Shown here: one piece after another, positions 30,367-41,412 of the stretch
Numbering within the stretch: the stretch's first letter is position 1
How the letters are laid out: every line of letters starts with the position of its first letter
Source: an uncultured Chloroflexia bacterium
GTDB lineage: Bacteria; Chloroflexota; Limnocylindria; Limnocylindrales; CSP1-4
Reading direction: 5' to 3'
Assembly (NCBI GenBank): GCA_963828165.1
Contig: CAWHDR010000005.1
Coordinates: 210,550-274,549, forward strand
Length of the DNA: 64,000 nt
The notes under the pieces: generated by a model
Database searches by the model: none
Seen by the model: the letters and a program-made list of their open reading frames with translations, nothing else
Told to the model about the DNA's origin: nothing
Position numbers and translations under genes: made by a program

Positions 30367-31583
30367 GAAGCGCTCGAGGGAGCCGCCGGCGGGCCATCGA
30401 GGACCCGCGTGATCCAGCGCTCGGGCTGCTCGATCTCCCCGTCGCGCGGTAAGGTCTCGGGTCCCTCCCAGAGGCGCGCGAGCGCTGCCTTCCCGCGAGC
30501 GTCGGCGATGGCGCGGACGAAGATCTCGCCCTTCTTGTACTGCTCGAGCTTGAGGTCCATCCCGGTCAATCGGAGCATCGCCCGCTCGAATGGCGTGCGA
30601 CGGGTGCGCCGCTCGTGGAAACGGGAGCTGATCTGTTCGACCCCGGGCACGAGATCGCGACCGACCTCGTCCATGACGTAGTCGCTGAAGCCCTCGAGCA
30701 GGCTCATCACGGCCTGCGTCTCGCGGAACAGGCGGCGCTGCTCCTCGCCCATCAGCCGTTCCATCCAGTGCTCGCCGCCGCCCTCTCCGCGAAGGGCACG
30801 TCCGACCCCGTGCATCGCCTCGCGGCCGAAGCCCCGGACGTCGCTGCCGAACAGGCTCAGCTGCCGCTCCAGGCGGGACGCAAGGTATGGCCGCAGCCAC
30901 GGGTGCGCCTCGAATTCGAAGGCGTGGGTCGTCTCGTGGAGGGCGATCCACGTCCGGAACGGCCCGAGTGGCACGCCGAGGGCACGCGCGGTCTCGCGGA
31001 TGTTCTCCTCCACGAACAGCAGTCGGCCCGGTGCCGCCTCCGCCGACAGCAACGCGATGTCGTACTGGCCGAGCACGCGCCGGCCCATGAAACCCAGCAG
31101 CAGGCCCAGTTGGCGGGTCGTGATCCAGCGATTCGCGAGCGCCATGGTCGCCTTGGCGAGGCCACCACCGGGCGGGATCACCTGGTCGAGCAGGTCCTTC
31201 TCGAGCTTTCCGATGAGCGACGCGAACGACGCCGTGTTGGCCCGCACCCAACCCGCCCGATCGACCACCCCGGAACGCTCCACCACGCCGGGGAGCTCCG
31301 TCCCCAGGGCGCTCGACAGCGCCGGCACGATCCGGGTCATCGCCTCGGCGTACGCCGGCTCGGCGGCACGAAGCTCGGCAGTGCCGAGCGCGCCCGGCGC
31401 CCCCTCCAGTCGCCCGATCGCGAAGCGTTCCACGGCCGGCCAATCGACGAGGCCCTCGCGCGCGGTCCGCTCCATGCGCCGGCCGACCACGGTCGCGGCC
31501 GCCCCGAGCGCCGAACCGATGAGGATGCCGGCCTGCCAGGCACGGTCGTCGCGCCAGGACGGTCGGCGCTCTCGCCGCGTCAT
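30363..31583 (-). CDS. Zincin-like metalloprotease (DUF2342 / F420-biosynthesis-associated family)
   Basis: HETTH, LLEG, VLGQYD and KLEQY motifs. Confidence 0.85.
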   Translation of the reverse strand: MTRRERRPSWRDDRAWQAGILIGSALGAAATVVGRRMERTAREGLVDWPAVERFAIGRLEGAPGALGTAELRAAEPAYAEAMTRIVPALSSALGTELPGVVERSGVVDRAGWVRANTASFASLIGKLEKDLLDQVIPPGGGLAKATMALANRWITTRQLGLLLGFMGRRVLGQYDIALLSAEAAPGRLLFVEENIRETARALGVPLGPFRTWIALHETTHAFEFEAHPWLRPYLASRLERQLSLFGSDVRGFGREAMHGVGRALRGEGGGEHWMERLMGEEQRRLFRETQAVMSLLEGFSDYVMDEVGRDLVPGVEQISSRFHERRTRRTPFERAMLRLTGMDLKLEQYKKGEIFVRAIADARGKAALARLWEGPETLPRDGEIEQPERWITRVLDGPPAAPSSAS

Positions 31584-32440
31584 CCTGCGAGCACCCCGAG
31601 CTCGACGGATTCCACGTCGGGAAAGTCCGTGCCGAACAGGCGGCCGGCCAGGGTCCCGAATCGCTCGGCGTCGCCGGTCGTCAGCTGGCGATGCGTAGCC
31701 GGCTCGTCGGCGCTCCCCTCCAGCCCGTTCACGCTGAGCAGCTCGGCCAGGGCCGAGGCGGTGGCGGTGGCCGAATCCACGATGGCCACGCCCTCGCCGA
31801 CGATGCCCGCGATGATCGGGCTCAGCAGCGGGTAGTGGGTGCAGCCCAGCAGCAGCGTGTCGATCGTGGCGCCGGGCGGGCGGGGAAAGATCGACTCGCC
31901 GTCGGCATCGCGCTCGCCGAGCAGCGCCGCCAGGCTCGCTGCCACGGTCGCCTCCGCTGACGGCCCGGACAGATCGCCCGCCTCCACCATCGGGACCAGG
32001 TCGGGCGTGGCGTGCTCATAGACCTCGACGGCCGGGTTCTCGTCCTTGATCGCGTTGAAATACGCGTGGGAGCGGATCGTGGCCGGCGTCGCGATGACCC
32101 CGACACGGCGGTTGCGGGTCGCCAGGGCCGCCGCCGACGCGCCCGGGCGGATGACGCCCAGGACCGGCAGGTCGTAGCGCCGCCGGAACGCCGCGATGCC
32201 GACCGCCGTGGAGGTGTTGCACGCCACGACGAGCGCCTTGACGTCGCGCTCGACGAGGGCATCGAGCGATTGGGTCGAGAAGGTCAGGACCTGCTCGTCG
32301 GGCCGGACGCCGTAGGGCGCCCTGGCATTGTCGCCGAGGTAGATGGTCGACTCGTGCGGTGAGCGCCGGACGATCTCACGCAGGACCGTCAGACCGCCCA
32401 CCCCCGAGTCGAAGACACCGATCGGTCGGGGATCGGACAC
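31580..32440 (-). CDS. murI: Glutamate racemase
   Basis: FDSGVGGLTV, ACNT and LGCTHYP motifs. Confidence 0.97.
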   Translation of the reverse strand: MSDPRPIGVFDSGVGGLTVLREIVRRSPHESTIYLGDNARAPYGVRPDEQVLTFSTQSLDALVERDVKALVVACNTSTAVGIAAFRRRYDLPVLGVIRPGASAAALATRNRRVGVIATPATIRSHAYFNAIKDENPAVEVYEHATPDLVPMVEAGDLSGPSAEATVAASLAALLGERDADGESIFPRPPGATIDTLLLGCTHYPLLSPIIAGIVGEGVAIVDSATATASALAELLSVNGLEGSADEPATHRQLTTGDAERFGTLAGRLFGTDFPDVESVELGVLAG

Positions 32441-32446
32441 GACGGC

Positions 32447-33601
32447 CTATTGCTGCCCGGCGCCCACGGGCATGCGCGCGGCGCCCATGAGCTCGGTGGC
32501 GACCCTGGCGATGTCCCGGCTCACGGCGGCATTCGGGTCGGCGAGGACGAACGGCACGCCTTCGTTGTTCGAGCGGACGACGAGCTGGCCGTCGGATACG
32601 ACGCTGTGCTCGGGCACGCGTCCGAGGGCCTTGTTGAGGTCGTCGGGCGCGATGCCGCCGGCGCTGTCGGCCCGGTTGATGAGGTAGCGCACCTTGGAGG
32701 CGGGGTAGCCGATCGAACGGAACGTGTCGGCCATCGCGATCGTATTGTGGATCGTCGTCGAGTCGTACGTGACGATCTCGACGATCGTGTCACTCGCGTC
32801 GAGGAACGCGAGGTTGATGTCGTTGATCTGGCTCGACATGTCGATCACGATCGAGGTGTACACGCGGCGCAGAAGCGACAGGATCTTGTCGAGGTCCCGC
32901 GCGGTGATCATCTCGGCCATCTCGATGCGCGGCGGCGCCAGCAGGATGTCGATCCCGGACGGGTCGCGCCAGAGCACGTCGGACAGGTCCAATTCGGAGA
33001 TCCGGTCCGTCGGCAGGTCGAGGATCGACGGTGCGTCGTGGGGGACCTTGAGCAGCGAGCGCAGGTCGCCGAACTGGACGCTGCCGTCGATGAGCACGGT
33101 CTTCTGGCCGAGCTGGCCCATCGCGACGGCCATGTTGAACGCGATCGTCGTCTTCCCGACACCACCTTTCGGGGCGAAGATCGAGAACACGCGGTTCGAC
33201 TCCGTCGAGGAGGTCGCGTCGAACTCCTTGCGGACCCCGGAGATCCGGTTCATGAGGTCGAACCCTGAGAACGGCATCGCGAGGACGCCGTGGATCCCAT
33301 TGGCGGGGTCGACCTCGACCGGGTTCTGCGGAACGGTCAGCACGATCACCGGCACGTTGAGCTTGGCCTCGTGGATCTTGTCCACCAGCTGCGGGCCCTT
33401 GATCCGGCCCTGGAGCAGGTGATCCACGAGCACGACGTCGGGGCGCAGCTCGCCGATCTGGGTGAGCGCCTTGCCTCCGTCCGTCAGGACATCGAGGACC
33501 TTGACCGTCTGCTGCGCGTTGAGCAGGCCGCGGATGTACTGGGCGACCTGCGGGACGTCCTCGACGATCAGCAGCCGGGTCTGGTCAGTGCGGTTCGACA
33601 T
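32447..33601 (-). CDS. Receiver domain plus MinD/ParA-like ATPase (CpaE/TadZ-like)
   Basis: N-terminal REC domain (IVED, VLVD), KGGVGKTT deviant Walker A, SNNEGVPFV. Confidence 0.85.
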   Translation of the reverse strand: MSNRTDQTRLLIVEDVPQVAQYIRGLLNAQQTVKVLDVLTDGGKALTQIGELRPDVVLVDHLLQGRIKGPQLVDKIHEAKLNVPVIVLTVPQNPVEVDPANGIHGVLAMPFSGFDLMNRISGVRKEFDATSSTESNRVFSIFAPKGGVGKTTIAFNMAVAMGQLGQKTVLIDGSVQFGDLRSLLKVPHDAPSILDLPTDRISELDLSDVLWRDPSGIDILLAPPRIEMAEMITARDLDKILSLLRRVYTSIVIDMSSQINDINLAFLDASDTIVEIVTYDSTTIHNTIAMADTFRSIGYPASKVRYLINRADSAGGIAPDDLNKALGRVPEHSVVSDGQLVVRSNNEGVPFVLADPNAAVSRDIARVATELMGAARMPVGAGQQ

Positions 33602-33687
33602 GCGTTTCGACGATACCATGCAGCCCGAGCACGGCGGGCCGGTCCTGCCGGTCAGGTCGGGAGCTCACGACGCGGGGCTCGGGACGT

Positions 33688-34477
33688 TCAGTTCCGCTCG
33701 GCAACGAGCACCGCCCGCTCCGATCCCGGACCGATCGGCGAGAGGTCGTAGCCGCCGGCCACGATCTCCACGCGCAGGCCGGCCTCGCCGGCGAAAGCCG
33801 CGAGCTCGTCCGCCGAGACGAGCCGGAGGCGGTCGTGCCGCACCCATCGACGGGGCGCCTCACCCTGACGGCCCTCCTCGTAGATCGCGCTGAGGTTGAC
33901 CGTATTCGTGGCAGCGTCGTGCTGGGCGGAGCCGGCCTTCGTCACCACCGCGCCCGTGTCGGGGTCCGTCCGCGGCCACTCGAGCATGATCCGGCCGTCG
34001 AAACGGGCGAGATCGTCGGCGTCGGGCAGCCAGGCGTCGACCGCGGCGAGCCCGCCCGGAGCCAGGTGCGCGGCGAGGGTGCGGAAGGCAGCCCGCTGGG
34101 CATCGCGGCTGGCCAGCAGCATGATCGAGTTCAGGGCGATGAACGCGAAGGCGTATCGACCGGCGTCGGGCAGGCTGCAGATCGAGCAGGTCCGCCTCGA
34201 CGAAGGCCAGGCGGTCCGGCAACACCCCGGCCGCCTCGGCACGGGTCCGGCCACGGTCGACCATGGCAGGGTCGATGTCGACGGCCGTGACCTGGTGACC
34301 GGCGCGCGCCAGCGGCACGGCGAGACGACCGGTCCCGGCCGCGAGCTCGAGCACGGGACCGTCCGCCCGGTCGGCGAGCGCGAGATACAGGTCGAGGTCG
34401 CCCGGATCGTCCTGGAGATCGAGATCGTAGAGACGGGCGAGGGCGGCCGCCGTGGCGGGATCGGGCCGGTCGAGCAT
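33688..34477 (-). CDS. Class I SAM-dependent methyltransferase (apparent +1 frameshift near 34175)
   Basis: VLELAAGTGR and VDID in one frame; FIALNS and HLAPGG in the next. Confidence 0.85.
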
Positions 34478-34488
34478 GATCCCCGATG

Positions 34489-35565
34489 CTAGCGGGTCGC
34501 CCGCTCCACGGGCGGGTCCCATCGGACCGAGGTCCCATCACGGCGGCGGACGGCGAGGGCGCTGATCGCCTCGAGCGCCGCCCGGTTGGCGGCCATCGCC
34601 GTCGTCTCGGCGTGGTCGTATGGCGGCGACACCTCGACGATGTCCATGCCGACGAGATCCACCGCCGCGACGATCTGGCGGATGGCCCGGAGCACTTCGC
34701 GCGTGAGCATGCCGCCCGGCTCGGGCGTGCCCGTGCCCGGAGCAAGGCCCGGATCGATCACGTCGATGTCCACGCTCAGGTAGATGAAGTCGGGGCCGTC
34801 CAGGGCTTCCTCGATCGCCTGGGCGACGACGGATTCCGCGCCACGCTCCTCGATCTCGTGCATGAAGTGGTAGCGGAGGCCCTGCTGCTGCATCCATTCG
34901 AACGTCTCGACCGGCGGCCAGTAGCCGCGCAAGCCGACCTGCACGAAGTTCTTGCCGTTGACCGCACCGGATTCGATCAGACGGCGCATCGGCGTGCCGT
35001 GTCCCGCCAGGACCCCCCAGTCGTCGTTCGCCGTGTCGGCATGGGCGTCGAAGTGGACGATGCCGATGCTCCCGGGGCTGCGCACCTCGGCCACGGCCGT
35101 GGCGCTCGGCCACGTGATCGAGTGGTCACCACCGAGCACGATCGGGATCGCCCCGGTGGCGGCCACGTCACGGACCTTGCGATAGATGAACGCGTGTGCG
35201 CGCTCGATCCAGGCGGGCACGATGTTGGCGTCGCCGGCGTCGACGACCTTCAGGACCTCGAAGGGCTCCACGCCAAGCTGAAGGGAGTTGATCGAGCCTG
35301 ACGTGTACTGCGCCTCACGGATGGCGCGCGGGCCGAACCGAGCGCCCGGCCGGTGACTCACGGCGTCGTCGAACGGCGCGCCGATGATCGCGACGTCGAC
35401 GCCCTGGCGGCGCAGCTCGGCGGGATCGGTGATCCACGGCAGGTTCATGAAGGTCGTCGGCCCGACGTAGGTCGGCAGCTCGTAGTCGCTGAACTCCTCG
35501 AACGGCTGGTCCCAGCCGTTGGCGGCGGCGAAGCCGCGATCGGGGTCGTGGGGGCGCTCGGCCAC
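34489..35565 (-). CDS. speB: Agmatinase/ureohydrolase
   Basis: RPGARFGP, GGDHS, DAHAD, SVDIDVIDP and PGTGTPEPGG motifs. Confidence 0.85.
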   Translation of the reverse strand: MAERPHDPDRGFAAANGWDQPFEEFSDYELPTYVGPTTFMNLPWITDPAELRRQGVDVAIIGAPFDDAVSHRPGARFGPRAIREAQYTSGSINSLQLGVEPFEVLKVVDAGDANIVPAWIERAHAFIYRKVRDVAATGAIPIVLGGDHSITWPSATAVAEVRSPGSIGIVHFDAHADTANDDWGVLAGHGTPMRRLIESGAVNGKNFVQVGLRGYWPPVETFEWMQQQGLRYHFMHEIEERGAESVVAQAIEEALDGPDFIYLSVDIDVIDPGLAPGTGTPEPGGMLTREVLRAIRQIVAAVDLVGMDIVEVSPPYDHAETTAMAANRAALEAISALAVRRRDGTSVRWDPPVERATR

Positions 35566-35829
35566 GTGATTCCTCCGGAGACGGGCGCGGGCCGACGGTC
35601 GTGGCCGCGTCAGGGATCCATCTCGCTGGGGGCGCCGCCGGTTCGAAACGAGCGTCCAGCGGGGCGCGCCGGACTCGATGGTAGCACCGGCCCGGAGTGG
35701 TGATGTTGGCCGAGTTCAGGCCTGGTGAGGCTTGTTGATAGTCGCCTGCAACCAAGGACCAGCCGGGTGGCGTTCGTCCCTCGCGCATGGGTGGCTATGG
35801 TGGAGGCCCCCCTGACAAGGAGATGCTCG

Positions 35830-36045
35830 ATGCAAGCGACACAGCCGGGCCGGACCGCCTCGCCGGTCGACAACCGCACCTACAACGTCATGCAGGCGCT
35901 GGTCTCGAAGCTCGAGGCCATCGAGGCGTATCGGAAGTACTCCATGGACGACGGCGGCGAGCTGTTCACCCAACTCATCGCAGACGAGGAGCGCCACGCG
36001 CAGCAGCTCCTGGACGAGCTCCGGGGCTGCCTGAACGCGTCCTGA
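35830..36045 (+). CDS. Small two-helix ferritin-like protein (71 aa)
   Basis: AAGGAG RBS; E..Y and DEERH (ExxH) motifs. Confidence 0.65.
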   Translation: MQATQPGRTASPVDNRTYNVMQALVSKLEAIEAYRKYSMDDGGELFTQLIADEERHAQQLLDELRGCLNAS

Positions 36046-36340
36046 CTTCGGGCCGCACCTGTGGCGTCGACGGCATCAGCAAATCGGGGAGTCGCTGCGC
36101 CTCCGGATGGCTGCGAGATCCTGTGAAGCTGTTGGGTCATCCGGAGTTCGATAGCGCGGCTTGCACCGCCCTCCCCGAGGTCGTCATCGCTTGGGCCGGT
36201 CAACGTGACGTCAGCTGGTCGGTACAGGTAGGCGCCACCGCGTGTTCGGTCGGTTTCCGCGATGCGCCCGAGTACAACACGAGGTCGCGTCTCATGGGAT
36301 CTCGAGGCGGCCATCGACCGGATTCGGCGGCAGCGTATCG

Positions 36341-37543
36341 TCAAGTCGTCGAGCGGAACTCCGCCCAGGCCGCCTCGACGAGGGCCGGATCGCAGAACAG
36401 CTCGACCGCGGTCTGGGCCACGAGCGTCGCTGCGAGCAGCGTCGTCTCGTCCGCGCGCGGCGTCGCAGCCGCGTCGCGGAACAGGATCGAATGCCCCGGG
36501 ACGCCCTCGTCGCAGATGGCGAGATCCGGGTGGATCGCCGGGCAGACCCAGCTGACGTTGGCCATATCCGTGCTGCCGGCGTTGGGGTCGTCGCCCATGT
36601 CGTCGATGCCGTAGGCGGCCATGTTCGCCCGAAATCGATCGGCGAGGACCAGGTTGTTGCGCATCGTCGTCGCGCCCCCCGACACGGTGACCTCGACCGT
36701 CGTCCCGGTGGCCAGGGCCGCGGCCTCGCACATCTCCCTGAAGCGGGTCTTGATCTCGTCGTAATAGGTTTGGTCGTCGCTGCGCAGCATGAACCACGCC
36801 GAGGTCCGGTCCGGGATGATGTTGGCGGCCGTCCCGCCTTCCCGGATGATGCCGTGGACCCGCGAGGTCGGCTTGAGCTGCTGTCGCCACAGTCCGACCG
36901 AGCTGAACAGCGTGATCATGGCATCGAGGGCGTTCCGCCCCTTCCACGGATCGGCGGCCGCGTGGGATTGCAGCCCGCTGAACACCACCTCGACGTCCTC
37001 GGACGCGAGGGGGTGGCTCTCGACGTGGTTCCGGTCGCACGGGTGGTACAGAAGGGCGGCATCGAGACCGGCGAACAGGCCGTCGTCGATCATGATCTGC
37101 TTGCCGCTCCCCCGTTCCTCGGCCGGTGTCCCGAGGAACACGATCTCGCCCGCGAGGTCGTCGGCGACCGCGGCCAGGGCGATCGCCGCGCCGATTCCCG
37201 ACGCGGCCATCGTGTTATGGCCGCAGCCGTGGCCGAGACCCGGCAGGGCGTCGTACTCAGCGAGGATCCCGATGCGTGGGCCGTCGCCGCGACCACCGGG
37301 GAACGTCGCCCGGACCGCCGTAGCGAGGCTGCCCGCCGGGTGTTGGACCTCGAACCCGTGTTCCCGGAGGACCTCGGCGACCCAGGTGGCCGCCCGGTGC
37401 TCCTCGAAGGCCGGCTCCGGGTTGGCGTGGATGCGGTGGGAGAGGTCGATGATCTCGGCGCGGGCGCTTTCCACGGCGGCCGCGATCCGGGCCTTGAGAT
37501 CGACGTGTGGCTCGGCGGGTCGAACCGCGGTGCGGTCAGGCAC
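36341..37543 (-). CDS. M20 family amidohydrolase
   Basis: HANPEPAFEE, EYDALP, HGCGHN, TPAEE and GSTDMANVS motifs. Confidence 0.92.
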   Translation of the reverse strand: MPDRTAVRPAEPHVDLKARIAAAVESARAEIIDLSHRIHANPEPAFEEHRAATWVAEVLREHGFEVQHPAGSLATAVRATFPGGRGDGPRIGILAEYDALPGLGHGCGHNTMAASGIGAAIALAAVADDLAGEIVFLGTPAEERGSGKQIMIDDGLFAGLDAALLYHPCDRNHVESHPLASEDVEVVFSGLQSHAAADPWKGRNALDAMITLFSSVGLWRQQLKPTSRVHGIIREGGTAANIIPDRTSAWFMLRSDDQTYYDEIKTRFREMCEAAALATGTTVEVTVSGGATTMRNNLVLADRFRANMAAYGIDDMGDDPNAGSTDMANVSWVCPAIHPDLAICDEGVPGHSILFRDAAATPRADETTLLAATLVAQTAVELFCDPALVEAAWAEFRSTT

Positions 37544-37620
37544 GGATCCTCCGAAGCGATGGGTGGGTGCGGCGCGCCAGGGCCGCCGGCCGATGGTAGC
37601 GTCGCTCGGAGGACCAGGTG

Positions 37621-37995
37621 TCAGCGTTCCGCCGAGAGCGTCGCCTCCGCCACCGACGCGAGCGCGAGGATGAACAGCGCGATCGGCAGCTCGAGCGCTC
37701 CCTGCAGGCGAAGCACGATGAAGATCGCCACGATCAGCCCGACCCAGCCGCCACGGCGTGCCGCTCGGGTCCAGTCGCCCTGGTAGGCGATCCGGCGGTG
37801 TCGTCCGAAGACCAGGAGCCAGGCCACCGGGGTCGTCGTGAGGCCCACCGCCAGCCCGATGAGCACCGCCCCGATGAACCCTGCCACGGGATCGGCGATG
37901 GGATCGCGGGTCGTGACGATCAGGCCAACCAGCAGCCACACGACACCGGCCGCAGCGAAGATCGCGAGGTTGAGCAGCCGGTCGCGGGATTCCAT
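37621..37995 (-). CDS. Small multi-pass membrane protein
   Basis: Four hydrophobic segments, AARRG loop. Confidence 0.7.
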   Translation of the reverse strand: MESRDRLLNLAIFAAAGVVWLLVGLIVTTRDPIADPVAGFIGAVLIGLAVGLTTTPVAWLLVFGRHRRIAYQGDWTRAARRGGWVGLIVAIFIVLRLQGALELPIALFILALASVAEATLSAER

Positions 37996-38161
37996 GCGCA
38001 GCGAGTCTAGGGTGTCGGCTCCGTCCCATGCCCATGGCCGCAGGAAGCGCTCGAGTCGCATGATCGATCCGTGCCCTCCATCAGCGCGAGCGAGCGTGGG
38101 CGCTCCCCCGGACCGGGCACGATGGCGGCCCTCGTCCGGCCTGTCACCTTGGGCGAATGAC

Positions 38162-41100
38162 CTATCGGGCGCCGGCCACGCTCGATGGGCAGATGTCGCG
38201 GAACGGGCACCACGAGCAGGCCATCGCGTCCGGCGTAGCCGTGTAGTCGCGAGCCCGGATTCCAGCGGCTGCCGTGGCGATCCGCTCGCGCGCCTTGGCG
38301 AGCCGCTTCGGGTCCACGTCCACCTTCCCGACGAGCCCCGAATCGAGGAAATGAAGCGCGACCTTGTCCGGCAGCCGGCCCGTCATCGCCTCGTACCCCA
38401 TCGCGTAGATCTGCAGCTGCAGCGATTCTCGGGCACGCTGGCGGGCACGAGCGGGGTCGCGCAGGTCGGACGACTTGTAATCCGTGATCGTCACGTGCTC
38501 ACGGCCCAGGATCCCCAGGGTCGGGGTGACGTGGTCGGCGGATGGCGCTGTCACGTCGAGATCGGCGGGAGCCTCGCCGGTGCAGCGGCTCGACGTCGAC
38601 CCGGTCCCACCGGCCGCGGACGCGGTCGCCGCCCAAAGAGAAGCTGAACTCGCGCTCGACGTAGGTCGGGATGACCGCGCCCGGAAGCATCTGCTCCTCA
38701 CGGAACCGGCGCAGGGCCACTCGGGCCCCGGCCAGACGTGCCTCCTCGTGTTCGCGGCTCACGAATCCCTCGTTCGACCAGGCCGAGTCCAGGACGTCGT
38801 CGAGCTCGGCCTCCGACATCACGTGCCCGCGGGCATGGCGGTGGTGAAAGAGCTGGACCACCTTGTGCATGGCCGACCCGTACACGAGCGCGTGATGCGG
38901 GGCCGTCGGGACCCGCAGGACGTGGCCGTACTTGTACTTGAGCGGACAGGTCAGGTACGCGTCGATCTGGCCGAAGCTGAGGCTGAGCGGCTCGTCGATC
39001 GGGCCGCGTTCCGCCTCGACCGGGGCATCCACGGCGGCGAACGACGCGAGCCGCTCCTCCGCGGAGGCCGGGGTGAGGCCCGCACCCGGCGTCGAGGCAG
39101 CGGGCAGGTCGAGCGCCTCCAGGACGAACGGTGAGACTCGGCGCGCACGGGCGCCTCCGTAGTCCGCGGCGTGCGACAGGATCAGTTCGTCCCGGGCCCG
39201 GGTCATCGCCACGTAGCACAGGCGCCGTTCCTCGGCGAGGGACCGCTCCGCGGTCGGCGGATCGCCACGGCCCAGACCGGCCGGCAAGGTCAGTGCCTCC
39301 CCTCGGCCGTTGCCGGGGAAGCGACCCGCCACCATCCCCGGGAGATAGACGACCGGGAACTCCAGGCCCTTCGCCTTGTGGATCGTGAGGACCGCGACCG
39401 CATCCGCGTCAGGGTCGAGATCGGCGGTCGCCGGGTCGTCGCCCGCTTCGATGAGCGTCTGCAGGTGGCCGGCCACGAACATCGCCCGGTCGTCCGCAAG
39501 GAGCGCCGACTGGGCCCGGATGATGTCGAAGAATCGGGCGACGTTGCCGAGGCCCTCTTCGGCGGCAGTGGTCGGGGTCCGGGCCAGGCGGGCGAGCATC
39601 CCGCTGTCGCGAAGGAACGCGTAGAGGACCTCCCCGGCCGGGCGGTCGTGGGCCATCGCGGTGTAGCGGGTCACGTCCACGACCAGCCGATGCACGCCCG
39701 CGCGGGTCACCGGCGAGACTCGCAGGATGCCGGGCTGCCGCTCGAGTTCGTCGAGGGTCGCCCAGACCGAATGGTGGCGTCGTCGCGCGGTGTTCACGAT
39801 CGCCGTGAGGTCCTCGCCACCCAGGCCGTAGACCTCTGACGATGCGAGCGCGTACAGGTCCACGCTCGATTCGGGGTCTGCCACCGCTCGGAGGAATGCC
39901 ATGAGCAGGCGCACCTCCGGGCGAGCGTACAAGCCGGACGAACCGGAGAAACGCCACGGGATCCCGGCCACGTTCAGCGCCCGCAGGACCGGGTCGGCGT
40001 GGCCGTTGGCGCGGACGAGGACAGCGTGGTCGCGTGGTCTTGCGCCGGCGGCGATCCGAGCCGCGATGTCCGACGCGATCCAGTCCGCCTCCTCCGACCC
40101 GGTGGTGAATGCCTCCAGCCGGACCGGCGCCGCGCCCGGTTCGCGCCGCTCCGGCTTCAATCGCTTGCTGATGCTGGTCCGGACCTCGAGGCGATCCGGA
40201 TCGTTGAACCGAACCAGCCGGTACGAGGCGTCGAGGATCGGCGCGAGCGACCGATAGTTCCGTCGCAGCACGACGGTCCTCGCGCTCCCGTATCGCGCCT
40301 CGAAGTCGAGGATGTTGTCCACCGCCGCCCCGCGGAACGCATAGATCGCCTGGTCGTCGTCGCCGACGACCGTGACGTTGCGGTGGGGCTCCGCGAGCAG
40401 CGAGACGAGCTCCGCCTGGGCCCGGTTGGTGTCCTGGAACTCGTCGACCAGGATGTACCGGAAGCGGCCGGCGATGGCCGTGCGTGCCGCCGCGGAGTCC
40501 CGCACGAGTCGCAGCGCGAGCGCCACCTGGTCCCCGAAATCGATGAACCCGTTGGCGGCCAGCAGCTCCTGGTACCGGCCGAACGCCCGCGCGAGCTCCA
40601 GCTGCCGGCGACTGTCCTCCGCTAGCGCGGCTGCAGCCTCAGCCCCCGAGCCTCCGGGCTCGCTCATCCCGGCGAGTGCCTGCGCCTCCGCGGCGACACG
40701 GTCCGCATACGTCGAATAGGTCGACGGGGTGATGTCTTCGTCCTTGCAGCGGCTGAAGAGTGTTGCGAGGGCGCCCAGGAACCGCGTCGGGTCGCCGAGC
40801 GGCCGGTACTCCTGCAGATCGAACTCGTAGAGATGCTCGCGCAGGAAGATCACGACCTCCGCCCGCGACAGGACGCGGACATCCGGCGCCAGCCCGAGCT
40901 CGAGCGCGTACTCGCGGATGAGCCGGTCGCCGAAGGCGTGGAAGGTGGCGATGGAGGTGTCCGTGTAGCCATACGGGACGAGCTGGTCCACCCGGACCGC
41001 CATCTCGTCCGCCGCCTTGTCCGTGAAGGTCAGTGCGAGGATCTCCGAGGGCTTCGCCCGACGCGAAGCGATCAACCACGCGATCCGGCGCGTGATGACC

Positions 41101-41375
41101 TGGGTCTTGCCGGTTCCGGCCCCCGCGACCACGAGCATGGGCCCATCTCCGTGCGTCACCGCGCGGAGCTGATCTGGGTTCAGCCCGCCGAGCAACGCCT
41201 CCATGCCGCTCTGGCCCTCCGTCACGCCCGTGGCGGGCGGGTCCATGACCGGGACGAGCTCGCGCCAGGCGGGGATCTGCTCGAGCGGCATCGGCCCGCG
41301 CCGGCGAGCGCGGACGACCGGTCGGGTCACGGTGATGGGGATCCGGGCGGGCGTCGGGTCAGCGATGGGGGCCAT
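38162..41375 (-). CDS. UvrD/PcrA helicase fused to PD-(D/E)XK nuclease (AdnB-like; apparent +1 frameshift near 38580)
   Basis: AGAGTGKT, VDEFQD, VGDDDQAIY, HKAKGLEF and YVAMTRA motifs; nuclease GRWDR..DYKS..QLQIY with CPLKY...CSWC....IC; start uncertain. Confidence 0.88.
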
Positions 41376-41412
41376 GTGCGCACCTTCGCCGACCGCTGTG
41401 ACACCTAGGCTG

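Noticed and set aside
35630-35660. GGTTCGAAAC T-loop-like sequence suggesting a tRNA
   Set aside because: No cloverleaf, acceptor stem or CCA end around it.
35566-35700. Guanidine riboswitch in the agmatinase leader (after a TGCTACCAT extended -10)
   Set aside because: Only one weak ACGA-containing loop; no paired ACGR hairpins or class I/III consensus.
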